A DNA stretch of 64,000 nucleotides from an uncultured Chloroflexia bacterium (GTDB taxonomy: Bacteria > Chloroflexota > Anaerolineae > CG2-30-64-16): contig CAVZDU010000010.1 in the NCBI GenBank assembly GCA_963774265.1, forward strand, positions 32,001-96,000. The letters run 5' to 3'. The translations under genes were made by a program, and so were the position numbers. The notes under the pieces are model-generated. The model did not search any database. It was not told where the DNA came from and saw nothing but the letters and a program-made list of their open reading frames with translations. Shown here piece by piece: positions 1 through 10,871 of the stretch. Each line of letters begins with the position of its first letter. Position 1 is the stretch's first letter.

Positions 1-1964
1 GCCTGCCGCGCCTGGTCAGCCAATTCCGCGTGCTCAATCGCCAGCGCGGCCTGGCTTGCAAACGCATCCAGAAGTCGACGCTGCTCAGGAGCCAGGTATG
101 AGCTGGGGTCAATCGGTCTGACCCCAAGGACTCCAATCACCCCTCGTGCGGTTTTGAGCGGCATGTAGCGCACTACAGCGGCAGGGAGGGTGTCAGTCCC
201 GCGGCCTGCGGGCTGACCTTGCTTGAAGGCCCAGGTGGCAACGGCGAGTTCGTTCTCATCGAGCACGAAGTCCGCGCTCAGCGCTCGTGGCCGCAAGGTA
301 TCGCCCACCGGCAGCAGCACGACGGCCTCGCGACCAAAGGTCTCACCAACGTGACGAACGATCACTTGCAGGATGTCGTCCCGTCCGCTGGCCACGGCCA
401 GATCGCGGCTAAGCTCGTAAAGCGCGACGGCCTGCACCTCGCGCCGGCGTGCAGCTTCGGCCTGCTGGCGTGACCTGCCAGCCAGGGAACTGATCACGAG
501 GCTTACGACGAACAGCCCGATGAAAGTGAAGATGTACTCGGTATCGGCAACGGTAAAGGTGAGCCGAGGCTCGACCAAGAAGAAATCGAATGCTAACACG
601 CCCAGCGCTGAGGCAAGGACGGCGGGCCCGAAGCCCAGGTAAACCGCAGCGGCAACCACCGCGGCCAGGTAGAGCATGACGAGGTTGGTTGGCGAGATGA
701 CGCGGTGGAGGGGCGCGCTGATCGCAGTGGTCACAGCCACGAGAGCCAGGCTCCACGCGTAGCGACGCCAGGGGCGCTGCGGCCGCCACCGCGAAGGCGC
801 GGCCGAGGGTGCGCTCTCGGCATCGCCGCTGATGACGTAGACGTCGATTTTGCCGCTGTGCTGGATCAAGCGATCCACAACAGAGCCACGCCACAGCTCG
901 AGCCAGCGGGGGCGCAGCGGCTTCCCCGCGATGATCTTGGTGACGTTGTGCTTGTGAGCGTAGTCGAGGATAGTGTCCGCGACGTTCTGGCCCGGCAGCG
1001 TCACGACTTTGGCGCCCAACTCTTCGGCCAGTTGGAGGATACGCGCCACGCGGTCGCGGCCGGCTTGCGATAGACGGGCATCGCCCGGCGTCTCGACGTA
1101 GACGGCAAACCACTCAGTCTTCAGCTCATCGGCCAGGCGGCGAGCCGTACGCACAAGCCGCTCGCTGAACGGGCTGGAACTGATGCACACCAGCAGCCTC
1201 TCGCCCGCGGGCCAGGGCCCAGGGATCGCGCGGGTCTCCATGTAGGTGCGCATCTGCTCGTCCACACGCTCGGCGGCACGGCGCAGCGCCAGCTCCCGGA
1301 GCGCGGTCAGATTACCCATGCGGAAGAACTTCTGAATGGCGCGCGCAGCCTGCTCGGGCACATAGACCTTGCCGTCCTGGAGGCGCTGCAGCAGCTCCGG
1401 CGGCGGCAGATCCACCACCTCGATCTCGCTGGCCTCGTCCAGGACGGTGTCGGGCACCTTCTCGCGCACCGCGACACCGGTGATCTGCGCCACGACGTCG
1501 TTCAGGCTCTCGAGGTGCTGCACGTTCATCGTGGTGTAGACGTCGATGCCGGCTGACAGCAGCTCTTCGACGTCGAGATAGCGCTTGGGGTGACGCGATT
1601 CGGGGGCGTTGCTGTGCGCCAGCTCGTCGACCAGGACAAGCTGTGGATGCCGCGCCAACACGGCATCCACGTCCATTTCAGGCACGACGGTCGTCCTATA
1701 AGGAACACCGCGTCGCGGAATCACCTCCAGTTGGGAGATCAGCGCTTCCGTCTCCACCCGGCCATGGGTTTCGACACAACCAACGATCACATCCACGCCC
1801 TCATCCCGGCGCTGGTGCGCGGCCTCGAGCATCGCGTAGGTCTTGCCCACGCCGGCCGCGTAGCCGAGGAAGATCTTGAGCTTGCCGCGCGCCTGGCGCG
1901 CCTCTTCCGCCTGGACGCGGGTCAGGAGATCGTCGGGATTGGGGCGGCCGCGTTCTTCAGACAC
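1..1964 (-). CDS. kdpD: Osmosensitive K+ channel sensor histidine kinase KdpD, 3' end runs off the window
   Basis: Read manually from GTG at 1964: MSEERGRPNPDDLLTRVQAEE...GKLKIFLGYAAGVGKTYAML...VDELAHSN...KRY...TTMNVQHLESLND, then a Usp domain and a 4-TM region. Lies directly downstream of kdpC. Confidence 0.95.
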   Translation of the reverse strand, partial: MSEERGRPNPDDLLTRVQAEEARQARGKLKIFLGYAAGVGKTYAMLEAAHQRRDEGVDVIVGCVETHGRVETEALISQLEVIPRRGVPYRTTVVPEMDVDAVLARHPQLVLVDELAHSNAPESRHPKRYLDVEELLSAGIDVYTTMNVQHLESLNDVVAQITGVAVREKVPDTVLDEASEIEVVDLPPPELLQRLQDGKVYVPEQAARAIQKFFRMGNLTALRELALRRAAERVDEQMRTYMETRAIPGPWPAGERLLVCISSSPFSERLVRTARRLADELKTEWFAVYVETPGDARLSQAGRDRVARILQLAEELGAKVVTLPGQNVADTILDYAHKHNVTKIIAGKPLRPRWLELWRGSVVDRLIQHSGKIDVYVISGDAESAPSAAPSRWRPQRPWRRYAWSLALVAVTTAISAPLHRVISPTNLVMLYLAAVVAAAVYLGFGPAVLASALGVLAFDFFLVEPRLTFTVADTEYIFTFIGLFVVSLVISSLAGRSRQQAEAARRREVQAVALYELSRDLAVASGRDDILQVIVRHVGETFGREAVVLLPVGDTLRPRALSADFVLDENELAVATWAFKQGQPAGRGTDTLPAAVVRYMPLKTARGVIGVLGVRPIDPSSYLAPEQRRLLDAFASQAALAIEHAELADQARQ

Positions 1965-1971
1965 AGAAAGT

Positions 1972-2544
1972 CTATTCTACTCCATCCAGAGCCAGGTTCA
2001 ACTGCAGCACATTGATCCGCGGTTCGCCCAGGAATCCAAACTGGCGTCCTTCGGCGTGCTGCGCCACGAGCTGGCGGATGGCCTCGGCATCGAGGCCACG
2101 CACCTTCGCCACGCGCGACGCCTGGTAGAGCGCTGCTGCGACGCTGATGTGTGGATCGAGACCGCTGCCGGACGCGGTCACCAGGTCGACCGGCACCGGA
2201 GCGTCATTGCCCGGGTCGGCGGCCCGCAGGGCGGTGATGCGCGACCGCACGGCTTCGGTCAGTGCTGGGTTGCTCGGCCCGAGGTTGGAGCCAGACGAAG
2301 CCGCAGCATTATAGGCGACCGGCGCAGTTGCCGACGGACGGCCCCAAAAGTACATGGGATCATTGAATGGCTGGCCAATCAGCGTCGAGCCGATGATCCG
2401 ACCCCTTTGCGTTACGAGGCTGCCGTTCGCCTGAGCCGGGAAAATCGTTTGTGCCAGGCCGGTCACCGCCAGCGGGTAGACCGCACCCGTCAGGAGAGTG
2501 AATAGGGCCAACAGCACAACTGCCGGTCGGATGAGCGTCTTCAT
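1972..2544 (-). CDS. kdpC: K+-transporting ATPase subunit C
   Basis: [47 protein letters not shown] and [15 protein letters not shown] motifs. ATG 2544 is preceded by a GAGGAG RBS. Confidence 0.96.
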   Translation of the reverse strand: MKTLIRPAVVLLALFTLLTGAVYPLAVTGLAQTIFPAQANGSLVTQRGRIIGSTLIGQPFNDPMYFWGRPSATAPVAYNAAASSGSNLGPSNPALTEAVRSRITALRAADPGNDAPVPVDLVTASGSGLDPHISVAAALYQASRVAKVRGLDAEAIRQLVAQHAEGRQFGFLGEPRINVLQLNLALDGVE

Positions 2545-2551
2545 TTTTCTA

Positions 2552-2881
2552 TTACTCCTCACAATCCATTCGGCGATGGCGTATGGGTGTCGACCGGCAT
2601 TCATCCTCAAATGCGTCATGGAGGTGCCACACCGTATGCGTCACCTTCACAGGATTGCCAGCATCTGTCGAGCCCGCTTCACCCAGCTCGACCAACAGAG
2701 GGTGTCTGTCAATCCAGGTGAGCGCCAGTGCGCAGACGAAGACCGCAATGCCCGCCAACAGGATGGGATGCCGCAACCGCGTCGTGGCAGTGTCAACGAT
2801 CGCTATCAGCGCAATCATCAATGGTAGGAGTGCATAGAGTCCCAACCATTTGGAGAGTCGTAGCTTACCCATGGATACCAC
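2552..2881 (-). CDS. Hypothetical small membrane protein (2 predicted TM helices) between kdpB and kdpC
   Basis: 109-aa ORF that fills the kdpB-kdpC gap on the operon strand. It has two hydrophobic stretches ([33 protein letters not shown]). Confidence 0.6.
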   Translation of the reverse strand: MVSMGKLRLSKWLGLYALLPLMIALIAIVDTATTRLRHPILLAGIAVFVCALALTWIDRHPLLVELGEAGSTDAGNPVKVTHTVWHLHDAFEDECRSTPIRHRRMDCEE

Positions 2882-2884
2882 CGC

Positions 2885-5002
2885 CTATTCTACTTTCAGG
2901 AGTGCCAGAAGCATGTCGATCAGCTTGATTCCGATGAATGGCGTGATGAGTCCGCCCACGCCGTAAATCAGAAGATTGTCGCGCAGCAGTCGCGGGGCCG
3001 GCACCGGCCGATAGGGCACGCCACGCAACGCCAGCGGGATCAGCGCGACGATAATCAGGGCGTTGAAGATCACCGCCGACAGGATGGCGCTGGTCGGGGA
3101 CGTGAGGCGCATGAAGTTGAGCGCGCCGAGTGCCGGGTACGTCGAAGCGAACGCTGCGGGGATGATGGCGAAGTACTTGGAGACGTCATTGGCGATGCTG
3201 AATGTGGTGAGTGCGCCGCGTGTCATCAGCAACTGCTTGCCAATCTCTACGATCTCAATCAACTTCGTCGGGTTGCTGTCCAGGTCGATCATGTTGGCAG
3301 CCTCGCGGGCCGGCTGCGTGCCGGTATTCATCGCCACCGCGACGTCGGCCTGAGCTAGCGCGGGCGCATCGTTCGTGCCGTCGCCGGTCATGGCGACCAG
3401 TCGTCCTCCCGCCTGGTACTCGCGGATCAACTTCAACTTGGCTTCGGGTGTCGCCTGGGCCAGGAAGTCGTCCACGCCGGCCTCTGCGGCGATCGCGGCT
3501 GCCGTCAGCGGGTTGTCGCCGGTGATCATCACCGTCTTGATGCCGATCCGCCGTAATTGGGCGAAACGTTCCTGCATACCGCCCTTGACGATGTCCTTCA
3601 GATGGATGACACCCAACGCCTCGCCATTGCGGGCCACAACGAGCGGCGTGCCGCCGGTGCGGGCGATCCCATCCACGGCTGCCTTTAGATCGGGCGGAAC
3701 CGGCCGATTGTAGCCCTGGATGTAAGTCAACATTGCGTCGGGCGCGCCCTTGCGGATGCTGGTCCCGTCCAGATCCACCCCACTCATGCGGGTCTGCGCG
3801 GTGAAGGGAATGAAGTGCGCACCCGATGGCGCCTCAGGACCCGCGCCGACGCTCCGCCCGCGCAGGCCGTATTGTTCCTTGGCCAGCACCACGATACTGC
3901 GGCCTTCCGGCGTTTCGTCTGCCAGCGAGGCAAGCTGCGCCGCTTCGGCGAGAGCGCGAGGATCGGTGTGGTTCACCGAGATGAATGCCACCGCCTGCCG
4001 GTTGCCGAGCGTGATCGTGCCCGTCTTGTCCAGCAACAGCACGTCGACGTCGCCCGCTGCTTCCACGGCGCGGCCCGACATGGCAATGACGTTGCGTTGG
4101 ATCATGCGGTCCATCCCGGCGATGCCGATGGCCGAGAGCAGGCCGCCGATGGTGGTCGGGATGAGGCAGACCAGCAGCGCGATCAGGACGGTGATCGTGA
4201 CCGGTGTGCCTTGACCGACGGCGTTGACGCTGTACATCGAATAAGGCAGCAGGGTCGCGCAGACCACCATAAAGATGATAGTGAAACCGGCCAGCAGGAT
4301 GTTCAGGGCGATCTCGTTCGGCGTCTTCTGGCGCTTCGCGCCCTCCACGAGGCTGATCATGCGGTCGAGAAAACCCTCGCCGGGACCAGCGCTGACGCGC
4401 ACCAGGAGCCAATCTGAGAGCAGACGCGTTCCGCCCGTGACGGCGCTGCGGTCGCCGCCGGCCTCTCGAATCACCGGCGCACTCTCACCGGTGACCGCGC
4501 TCTCATCCACCGACGCGATTCCGACGATCACCTCGCCGTCGGCTGGGATCGTGTCGCCGGCCTCGACCAGAATCACGTCTCCACGGCGCAGCGCGGCAGA
4601 GGAGACCATTTCATGTTTGTAGGAGGGACGCTCATGGACGTTCGAGAGCGTCGCGGGGACGGGCTGCGACAGCTTCTTGGCCTGAGTCAGATGTCGTGTG
4701 CGGCGCAGCGCTTCGGCCTGGGCCTTGCCACGCCCCTCGGCCACAGCCTCGGCAAAGTTGGCGAACAGCACGGTGAACCACAGCCAGATCGCGACTGCGC
4801 CGATAAACGACGCGGGCGCCTCGCCGCGACCAAAGAGCGCCTCTATCCAGAGCAGGGTGGTGAGCACGCTGCCCACTTCCACCACAAACATCACGGGGTT
4901 GCGCACCATCCAGCGCGGATTCAGTTTGATAAATGACTCCAGAATGGCGCGTTGATACAGTTCACGCCGCATGGAGGTCTGTTTCCTGAGTTGACTCGTC
5001 AT
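2885..5002 (-). CDS. kdpB: K+-transporting P-type ATPase subunit B
   Basis: [28 protein letters not shown] phosphorylation site, TGDN and [10 protein letters not shown]. The start could be 5029 or 5002. Confidence 0.97.
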   Translation of the reverse strand: MTSQLRKQTSMRRELYQRAILESFIKLNPRWMVRNPVMFVVEVGSVLTTLLWIEALFGRGEAPASFIGAVAIWLWFTVLFANFAEAVAEGRGKAQAEALRRTRHLTQAKKLSQPVPATLSNVHERPSYKHEMVSSAALRRGDVILVEAGDTIPADGEVIVGIASVDESAVTGESAPVIREAGGDRSAVTGGTRLLSDWLLVRVSAGPGEGFLDRMISLVEGAKRQKTPNEIALNILLAGFTIIFMVVCATLLPYSMYSVNAVGQGTPVTITVLIALLVCLIPTTIGGLLSAIGIAGMDRMIQRNVIAMSGRAVEAAGDVDVLLLDKTGTITLGNRQAVAFISVNHTDPRALAEAAQLASLADETPEGRSIVVLAKEQYGLRGRSVGAGPEAPSGAHFIPFTAQTRMSGVDLDGTSIRKGAPDAMLTYIQGYNRPVPPDLKAAVDGIARTGGTPLVVARNGEALGVIHLKDIVKGGMQERFAQLRRIGIKTVMITGDNPLTAAAIAAEAGVDDFLAQATPEAKLKLIREYQAGGRLVAMTGDGTNDAPALAQADVAVAMNTGTQPAREAANMIDLDSNPTKLIEIVEIGKQLLMTRGALTTFSIANDVSKYFAIIPAAFASTYPALGALNFMRLTSPTSAILSAVIFNALIIVALIPLALRGVPYRPVPAPRLLRDNLLIYGVGGLITPFIGIKLIDMLLALLKVE

Positions 5003-5018
5003 GGCAATACCTGTCTTG

Positions 5019-6764
5019 CTACCGTCCAAAGACCATGAGATGCTCGACGATCGGACCGAGTCCCAGCGCTGGGATGAAGCTGAGGGCGCCGACGATCACG
5101 ATGACGCCGATCAGCCACGCGACAAAAAGCGGCGTGTGCGTGGGCAGCGTCCCTGCGCCCGTGGGAACCTTCTTCTTGCTCACAAGTGAGCCGGCAATTG
5201 CGAGAGCCGGGATCGCCAACCAATACCGTGAGATCAGCATGACGATGCCGAGCGCCGTGTTGTAGAACGGCGTGTTCGCTCCGAGCCCAGCGAACGCGCT
5301 TCCGTTGTTGCCGGCCGCAGACGAAAAGGCGTAGAGCACTTCGCTGAACCCATGCGCCCCAGGGTTGAAGACCGTGGCGATGCCGCCAGGTGCCAGAACG
5401 GCCACCGCCGTGCCGATTTTCGCCGCGAGGATAGGGATCAACAGGATGAGCGACGCCATCTTCATCTCGTGGGCTTCGATTTTCTTGCCGAGATATTCGG
5501 GCGTGCGCCCGACCATCAACCCGGCGACGAACACCGCGACGATGACGAACGCCAGCATCCCGTACAACCCGGAGCCGACACCGCCGTAGATGATCTCACC
5601 CAGTTGCATGAGCCACATCGGCACAAGGCCGCCCAGGGGCATGAAGGAATCGTGCATGGAGTTGACCGAGCCGTTCGATGCAGCGGTTGTGGCGGTTGCC
5701 CAAAGCGCAGAACTGACAACGCCGAAACGAACCTCTTTGCCTTCCATGTTGCCGCCCGGGTTCGTTGCGCTTTGTGTCTGGTCAACGCCCAATAAAGCAA
5801 ACGCCGGGTTGCCGCTCTGTTCCGCCCAGATAGTCACCGCGACCAGCACGACGAAGATGAGGGTCATGGCCGCCAGGATGGCCCAGCCTTGACGCGTGTC
5901 ACCCACCATCTTGCCGAACGTGTAGCACAGCGCAGCCGGGATCAGCAGGATCGCGAGCAACTCCAGGAAGCCGGACAGAGGCGTGGGATTCTCGAACGGA
6001 TGCGCGGAGTTGACGCTAAAGAAGCCTCCGCCGTTGGTGCCTAACTGCTTGATGGCGATCTGGGAGGCCGCCGGCCCGACGGCCAGTATCTGCTCCGTGA
6101 TCGTCTGTCCGTTGGCATCCACGGCCGGCTGGACCAGCGTCGCGTTCTGAAAGGAGCTGAAAGTCTGCACCACTCCCTGCGAAACGAGCACCAGGGCGAG
6201 CAGGATCGAGAATGGCAGCAGGATGTAGAGGGTCGAACGCGTCAGATCGACCCAGAAATTACCGATCGTCTGCGCCGTGTGGCGGGCAATCCCCCGTGTA
6301 AGGGCGATCAGCACGGCCATGCCCGTCGCCGCCGAGACGAAGTTCTGCACGGTCAGCGCCAGCATCTGCGTGAGATAGCTCATCGTCGTTTCGCCGCCGT
6401 AGCCTTGCCAGTTGGTGTTGGAGGCGAAACTGACGGCCGTATTGAACGACGAATCCGGCGACACTGCAGGCAACCCCTGGGGGTTGAGCGGCAGGATGCC
6501 CTGGAGCCGCTGCAATACATAGACGGCCAGAAGCCCCAGCAGATTGAAAACCAACATTGCGACGGCATAGGTCTTCCAGGTCATCTCGGCATCGGGTTTC
6601 ACCGCGGCGGCGCGATAGAAGATGCGCTCGACGGGCGCCAGCACCGGGTGAAGAAACGTCCACTGACCGCTATACACGCGCGCCATGAAACTGCCCAATG
6701 GCTTAGCGAGCAGCAACAGAACTGCCAGGTAGACAACGGGAACGCCCCAATTCGCAGTGCTCAT
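5019..6764 (-). CDS. kdpA: K+-transporting ATPase subunit A
   Basis: [51 protein letters not shown] and NNGSAFAG selectivity-filter motifs. The ATG at 6764 overlaps the kdpF stop (ATGA). Confidence 0.97.
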   Translation of the reverse strand: MSTANWGVPVVYLAVLLLLAKPLGSFMARVYSGQWTFLHPVLAPVERIFYRAAAVKPDAEMTWKTYAVAMLVFNLLGLLAVYVLQRLQGILPLNPQGLPAVSPDSSFNTAVSFASNTNWQGYGGETTMSYLTQMLALTVQNFVSAATGMAVLIALTRGIARHTAQTIGNFWVDLTRSTLYILLPFSILLALVLVSQGVVQTFSSFQNATLVQPAVDANGQTITEQILAVGPAASQIAIKQLGTNGGGFFSVNSAHPFENPTPLSGFLELLAILLIPAALCYTFGKMVGDTRQGWAILAAMTLIFVVLVAVTIWAEQSGNPAFALLGVDQTQSATNPGGNMEGKEVRFGVVSSALWATATTAASNGSVNSMHDSFMPLGGLVPMWLMQLGEIIYGGVGSGLYGMLAFVIVAVFVAGLMVGRTPEYLGKKIEAHEMKMASLILLIPILAAKIGTAVAVLAPGGIATVFNPGAHGFSEVLYAFSSAAGNNGSAFAGLGANTPFYNTALGIVMLISRYWLAIPALAIAGSLVSKKKVPTGAGTLPTHTPLFVAWLIGVIVIVGALSFIPALGLGPIVEHLMVFGR

Positions 6765-6853
6765 CCGAATTTCTCCGGTTTCAACAGGGCCACGAACAGA
6801 TAGAGCAGTAGCGACAGCGTAATCAGGCCCACAACAACATACATCACGCTCAT
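6761..6853 (-). CDS. kdpF: K+-transporting ATPase subunit F (30-aa membrane peptide)
   Basis: Manual translation [30 protein letters not shown] carries the YLxxALxxPExF KdpF signature. Translationally coupled to kdpA. Absent from the ORF track because it is too short. Confidence 0.92.
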   Translation of the reverse strand: MSVMYVVVGLITLSLLLYLFVALLKPEKFG

Positions 6854-6948
6854 ACGCCACTCCCACTCAGCCGTTCGCACAAAGAAACGAACCCCCAACT
6901 GGCGACAAAGAAACCCAGCGCCAGGCCTATAAACGCGAGGTCAGCCAT
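6850..6948 (-). CDS. Second small hydrophobic peptide upstream of kdpF (32 aa)
   Basis: Manual translation [32 protein letters not shown]. It has a GGAGG RBS 7 nt upstream, and its stop overlaps the kdpF start (ATGA). Confidence 0.75.
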   Translation of the reverse strand: MADLAFIGLALGFFVASWGFVSLCERLSGSGV

Positions 6949-7244
6949 CGAGACGCCTCCATCCGGCCGCGACCATTGACCGTTAAGATGTCTCCACGAT
7001 ACATCTGAAGCGCGTCAATTGGGGGACAAGAAAAGAAAGTGCGATGTCAAGGAGTCGTCATGCCTGCTCAAGGTCATCCCGAGAAGCGGCGCTCACGGCA
7101 GCGACCGCGCCGGGGACCGAGCAATGCACCTTCTCGCCGGCTGAGATGCGAGTTGGATTGCCCGGTGCGTCCAGTTGTGCGATAATCCCGTCGTCTTCCA
7201 GGTAACTATGCCTATCATGAACTCCACGAGGGCAGGAGCGTTTG

Positions 7245-8600
7245 ATGTCAACTCTACTTCTCAAGCACGCGGACTTGCTCGTCACCATGGACGGGGAGCG
7301 CCGACGCCTTGCGGACGGTGGATTGTACGTGCGGGACAACGAAGTCATCCAGGTGGGACCGACGCCCGAATTGCCCGAAACCGCTGACACGGTCATTGAC
7401 GCCCGCGGCATGATTATCCTGCCGGGTCTGATCAACACGCATCACCATCTGTATCAGACCCTGACCCGCTGCATGGCGCAGGACTCGGTTCTGTTCGGCT
7501 GGCTCACGACACTGTACCCGATCTGGGCCAGGCTGACGCCGGAAGCAGTCTACGTTTCGGCCAAAGTCGGCCTGGCTGAACTGCTGCTGTCGGGCTGCAC
7601 CACTTCGAGCGATCATCTCTACGTCTACCCCAACGGCAGCCGGATCGATGACGAGATCCAGGCAGCGGTTGAGTTGGGCATCCGTTTCACGGCGACGCGC
7701 GGGAGCATGAGCCTGGGTCGAGTCGAAGGGTGGCCTGCCGCCGGATAGCTGCGTCGAAGAGGAGGACGCCATCCTGGCCGACAGCCGACGTGCGATCGAG
7801 CAATTCCACCAGCGCGAGAAGTTCGGCATGGTGCATGTGGCCCTGGCGCCGTGTTCACCGTTCAGCGTCACGGGCGACTTGATGGCTGAGAGCGCAGTCC
7901 TGGCCCGCTCCTACGGCGTCAGACTTCACACGCACTTGGCTGAAACGATGGACGAAACCAAGTTTTGCCTCGCGAAGTTCGGTGCAAAGCCAGTGGACTA
8001 CGTGGCATCGTTAGGCTGGACCGGCGAGGATGTCTGGCATGCACATTGTGTGACACTTAACCAGATCCGAAATCGCGTTGTTCGCGCGCACGGGCAGCGG
8101 CGTGGCACACTGCCCGTCATCGAACATGCGGCTGGCCTCCGGCATTGCACCGGTGCGCGCCATGCGCGATGCGGGCGTGCGGGTTGGTTTGGGCGTCGAC
8201 GGCTCGGCGAGCAACGACAGCAGCCACCTGTTGGCCGAAGCCCGGCAGGCGATGTTGCTCCAACGGATGGTCGGACCCAATCCGGGAGCGCTGGGCGCAC
8301 AAGAAGCGCTTGGAGATCGCTACGCTCGGCGGCGCCAGCGTATTGGGCCGGCCGGATATCGGAGCATTGGCGCCCGGCATGGCCGCAGACCTCATCGGCT
8401 ACCGCCTGGAGACGCTCGATTTCACGGGCGCGCTACATGATCCGCTGGCCGCGCTGGTGTTCTGCACGCCGCCGAGGGTCGACCTCAGCGTGGTCAACGG
8501 TCGAGTGCGCGTGAAGGATCAACAGATCGTCGACCTGGATCTTGGCGCGTTGGTGCGGCGGCACAACGCGATCAGCCGGCAGATGCTGCGCAACGAGTAA
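7245..8600 (+). CDS. Metal-dependent amidohydrolase of the 8-oxoguanine/purine deaminase type (three apparent +1 indels)
   Basis: [69 protein letters not shown] and ATLGGA motifs are spread over ORFs 7242, 7828, 8078 and 8145. Frame breaks near 7718, 8064 and 8310. Confidence 0.85.
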
Positions 8601-8613
8601 GATAACTGCGATC

Positions 8614-8650
8614 AAAGATTGAAGGACTAAAGATTGAAGATTGAAGATTT
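8614..8650. repeat. Intergenic heptamer tandem repeat (AAGATTG)n upstream of nadC
   Basis: aaagattg-aaggact-aaagattg-aagattg-aagattt. Confidence 0.7.
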
Positions 8651-8679
8651 GACGGCATCCCAGGGCACGGAGTGAACAT

Positions 8680-9534
8680 ATGGTGATTGAACAGGGCGCG
8701 CCAGCGCAGGCGGAGATCGACCGCATCATCCGTGCTGCCCTCGCCGAGGACATTGGGGACGGCGACGTCACCACCGATAACACCATCCCGGAGGACAGCC
8801 GGCTCACTGGCCGCTTCCTGGCCAAGGAGACCGGCGTAGTTGCCGGCGTCGAGGTGGCGCGGCGCACGTTCGCGCTGCTCGATCCGCGCGTCAAGTTGCG
8901 GGTTCTCATTGATGACGGCCAACTCGCTGAACGCGGCCAGATCATCGCCCAAGTGGCCGGCCCTGGCCGCGCCATCCTCTCAGGCGAGCGGGTCGCGCTC
9001 AACTTCATGCAGCGGATGTCGGGCATCGCGACCGCCACGCGGCGTTACGTGGACGCGGTTGCCGGCACACGCGCGGTCATCCTCGATACCCGCAAGACCG
9101 TTCCCGGCCTGCGGTTGTTCGATAAGTGGGCTGTACGATTGGGCGGTGCGGCCAACCACCGCATCGGGCTCTACGACATGGCGCTCATCAAGGACAATCA
9201 CATCGCGGCGGTCGGCTCCATCACCGAGGCGGTGCGCCGCGTGCGCGCTGGCGATCCGAGCGGCCGGCCTATCGAGGTGGAAGTGACGAATCTTGCGCAG
9301 CTTGCCGAGGCGCTCGAACTCCCCATCGACCGCATCCTGCTGGACAACATGACGCCCGCGATGATGGCTGAGGCCGTGCGTATTGCCGGCGGGAGCATCC
9401 CGCTCGAGGCCTCCGGCGGCGTCAACCTGAAGACGGTGCGCACTATTGCCGACACGGGCGTGGACTACATCTCCGTCGGCGCGCTGACCCACTCGGTCGA
9501 TGCGCTCGACATCAGCTTGGATTTGACGAATTGA
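8680..9534 (+). CDS. nadC: Nicotinate-nucleotide pyrophosphorylase (carboxylating), quinolinate phosphoribosyltransferase
   Basis: EDIGDGDVTT, ERVALNF, DTRKTVPG, HRIGLYD, IKDNH, IEVEV, LLDNM, EASGG and ISVGALTHS. Confidence 0.96.
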   Translation: MVIEQGAPAQAEIDRIIRAALAEDIGDGDVTTDNTIPEDSRLTGRFLAKETGVVAGVEVARRTFALLDPRVKLRVLIDDGQLAERGQIIAQVAGPGRAILSGERVALNFMQRMSGIATATRRYVDAVAGTRAVILDTRKTVPGLRLFDKWAVRLGGAANHRIGLYDMALIKDNHIAAVGSITEAVRRVRAGDPSGRPIEVEVTNLAQLAEALELPIDRILLDNMTPAMMAEAVRIAGGSIPLEASGGVNLKTVRTIADTGVDYISVGALTHSVDALDISLDLTN

Positions 9535-9592
9535 AGATTGAAGATACCCGTTCCAGGTTCAATCTGGAATCTGCAATCTGTAATCTTCAATC
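9531..9592. repeat. Intergenic heptamer repeats in inverted arrangement (GATTGAAGAT...ATCTTCAATC)
   Basis: ttgaagattgaagat (9531-9545) is followed by caatctg-gaatctg-caatctg-taatcttcaatc. 9536-9545 is the reverse complement of 9583-9592. Confidence 0.7.
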
Positions 9593-9606
9593 ACCCTGGA
9601 GGGGCT

Positions 9607-10684
9607 ATGACAACGCTACAACCGATCGATCGGACGTGGATGTCCGCCGATGATATCTACGCTGAGCTCAAGGCGCGCATTGGCGAGTACACACCGGATT
9701 TTGAGTTGCGCGTCAAGGCCGAGCTGGCCTATGAGATCAACCAGCTCAAGCTCGAGCGCAATGCCGTCATTCTTGGGCACAACTACATGGAGCCGGCCCT
9801 CTTCCACTCGGTGCCCGACTTCGTGGGCGATTCGCTGGACCTCTGCGCGCAAGGCCGCCGCAACAGACAAGGACGTGATCGTGTTCTGCGGCGTGCGATT
9901 CATGGCCGAGACCGCCAAGATCCTCAACCCGACTAAGACGGTGCTGATCCCGTCGCTGAAGGCGGGCTGCTCGCTGGCGGCCAGCATCACCGCGGACGAT
10001 GTGCGCAGCCTGAAGGCGCGCTTCCCGGGCGTGCCCGTGGTGACCTACGTGAACACCTATGCCGACGTCAAGGCCGAGAGCGACGTCTGCTGCACCTCGG
10101 GCAATGCGGTCGCAGTTGCAAAGCGCTTGGGCGCCGACACCTTCATCTTCCTGCCGGACGAGTACCTGGCGCGCAACGTGGCGCGCGAGATCCGGCAAGC
10201 ACATCATCATCCCGCGCAAGCTGCCCAACGGAGAGCTGGAAGTCGACACGAACCGAGCCCTACGACATGGTCGGGTGGGGCGGCCGGTGCGAGGTGCACG
10301 AGAAGTTCAGCGTGCGCGATATCGAGGCCGTGCGCGCCCAGTTCCCCGACGTGGTGATCCTGTCGCACCCCGAGTGCAGCCCGGAGGTGGTGGCCGCGTC
10401 CGATTTCTCCGGCAGCACGAACGCCATGATCCGGTACGTCGAGCAGACTGCAGGCCCCGCGCTATCTGCTGTTGACCGAATGCTCGATGGGCGAGAATGT
10501 GGCCGCGGCGAACCCGGACAAGGAGATGCTGCGCCTGTGCAGCGTTCGCTGCCCGCACATGAACCAGATCACCCTTGAGATGACGCGCGACGCGCTCAAA
10601 TACATGCAGTATGTGACCGAGGTGCCGGAGGAGATTCGCGTCCGCGCCTACCGCGCCGTGCGGCGGATGCTCGATATCGGATGA
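9607..10684 (+). CDS. nadA: Quinolinate synthase A (four apparent +1 indels)
   Basis: [62 protein letters not shown] and CPHMNQITL, with the three [4Fe-4S] Cys present. The motifs are spread over successive frames. GGAGG RBS before ATG 9607. Confidence 0.92.
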
Positions 10685-10698
10685 GCCTCCTTTCGATG

Positions 10699-10736
10699 AC
10701 ATTAAAGAACGCGCCAGGCGGCGCGTTCTTTAATGT
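10699..10736. terminator. Perfect 17-bp stem hairpin after nadA, probable (bidirectional) intrinsic terminator
   Basis: ACATTAAAGAACGCGCC-AGGC-GGCGCGTTCTTTAATGT. Confidence 0.8.
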
Positions 10737-10743
10737 TTGCCCC

Positions 10744-10784
10744 TTGACATCTGTTCCCAAGTCGTATAATGTATAATGTATAAC
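10744..10784 (+). promoter_or_regulatory. Sigma70-like promoter region with a triple GTATAAY direct repeat upstream of the GntR gene
   Basis: TTGACA at 10744-10749 and GTATAAT-GTATAAT-GTATAAC at 10764-10784. The spacer to the first TATAAT is only 15 bp. Confidence 0.6.
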
Positions 10785-10871
10785 AATTGAATTCCTCTCA
10801 CGCGCGTCGACGGCATCCGATCGTACGCGTGGTCGCAGCAAGTAAGCCATCTCTGTCTCGAGGCAGTTCAA

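Noticed and set aside
8614-9592. CRISPR array from the short repeats
   Set aside because: The units are 7 bp with no unique spacers, and there are no cas genes.
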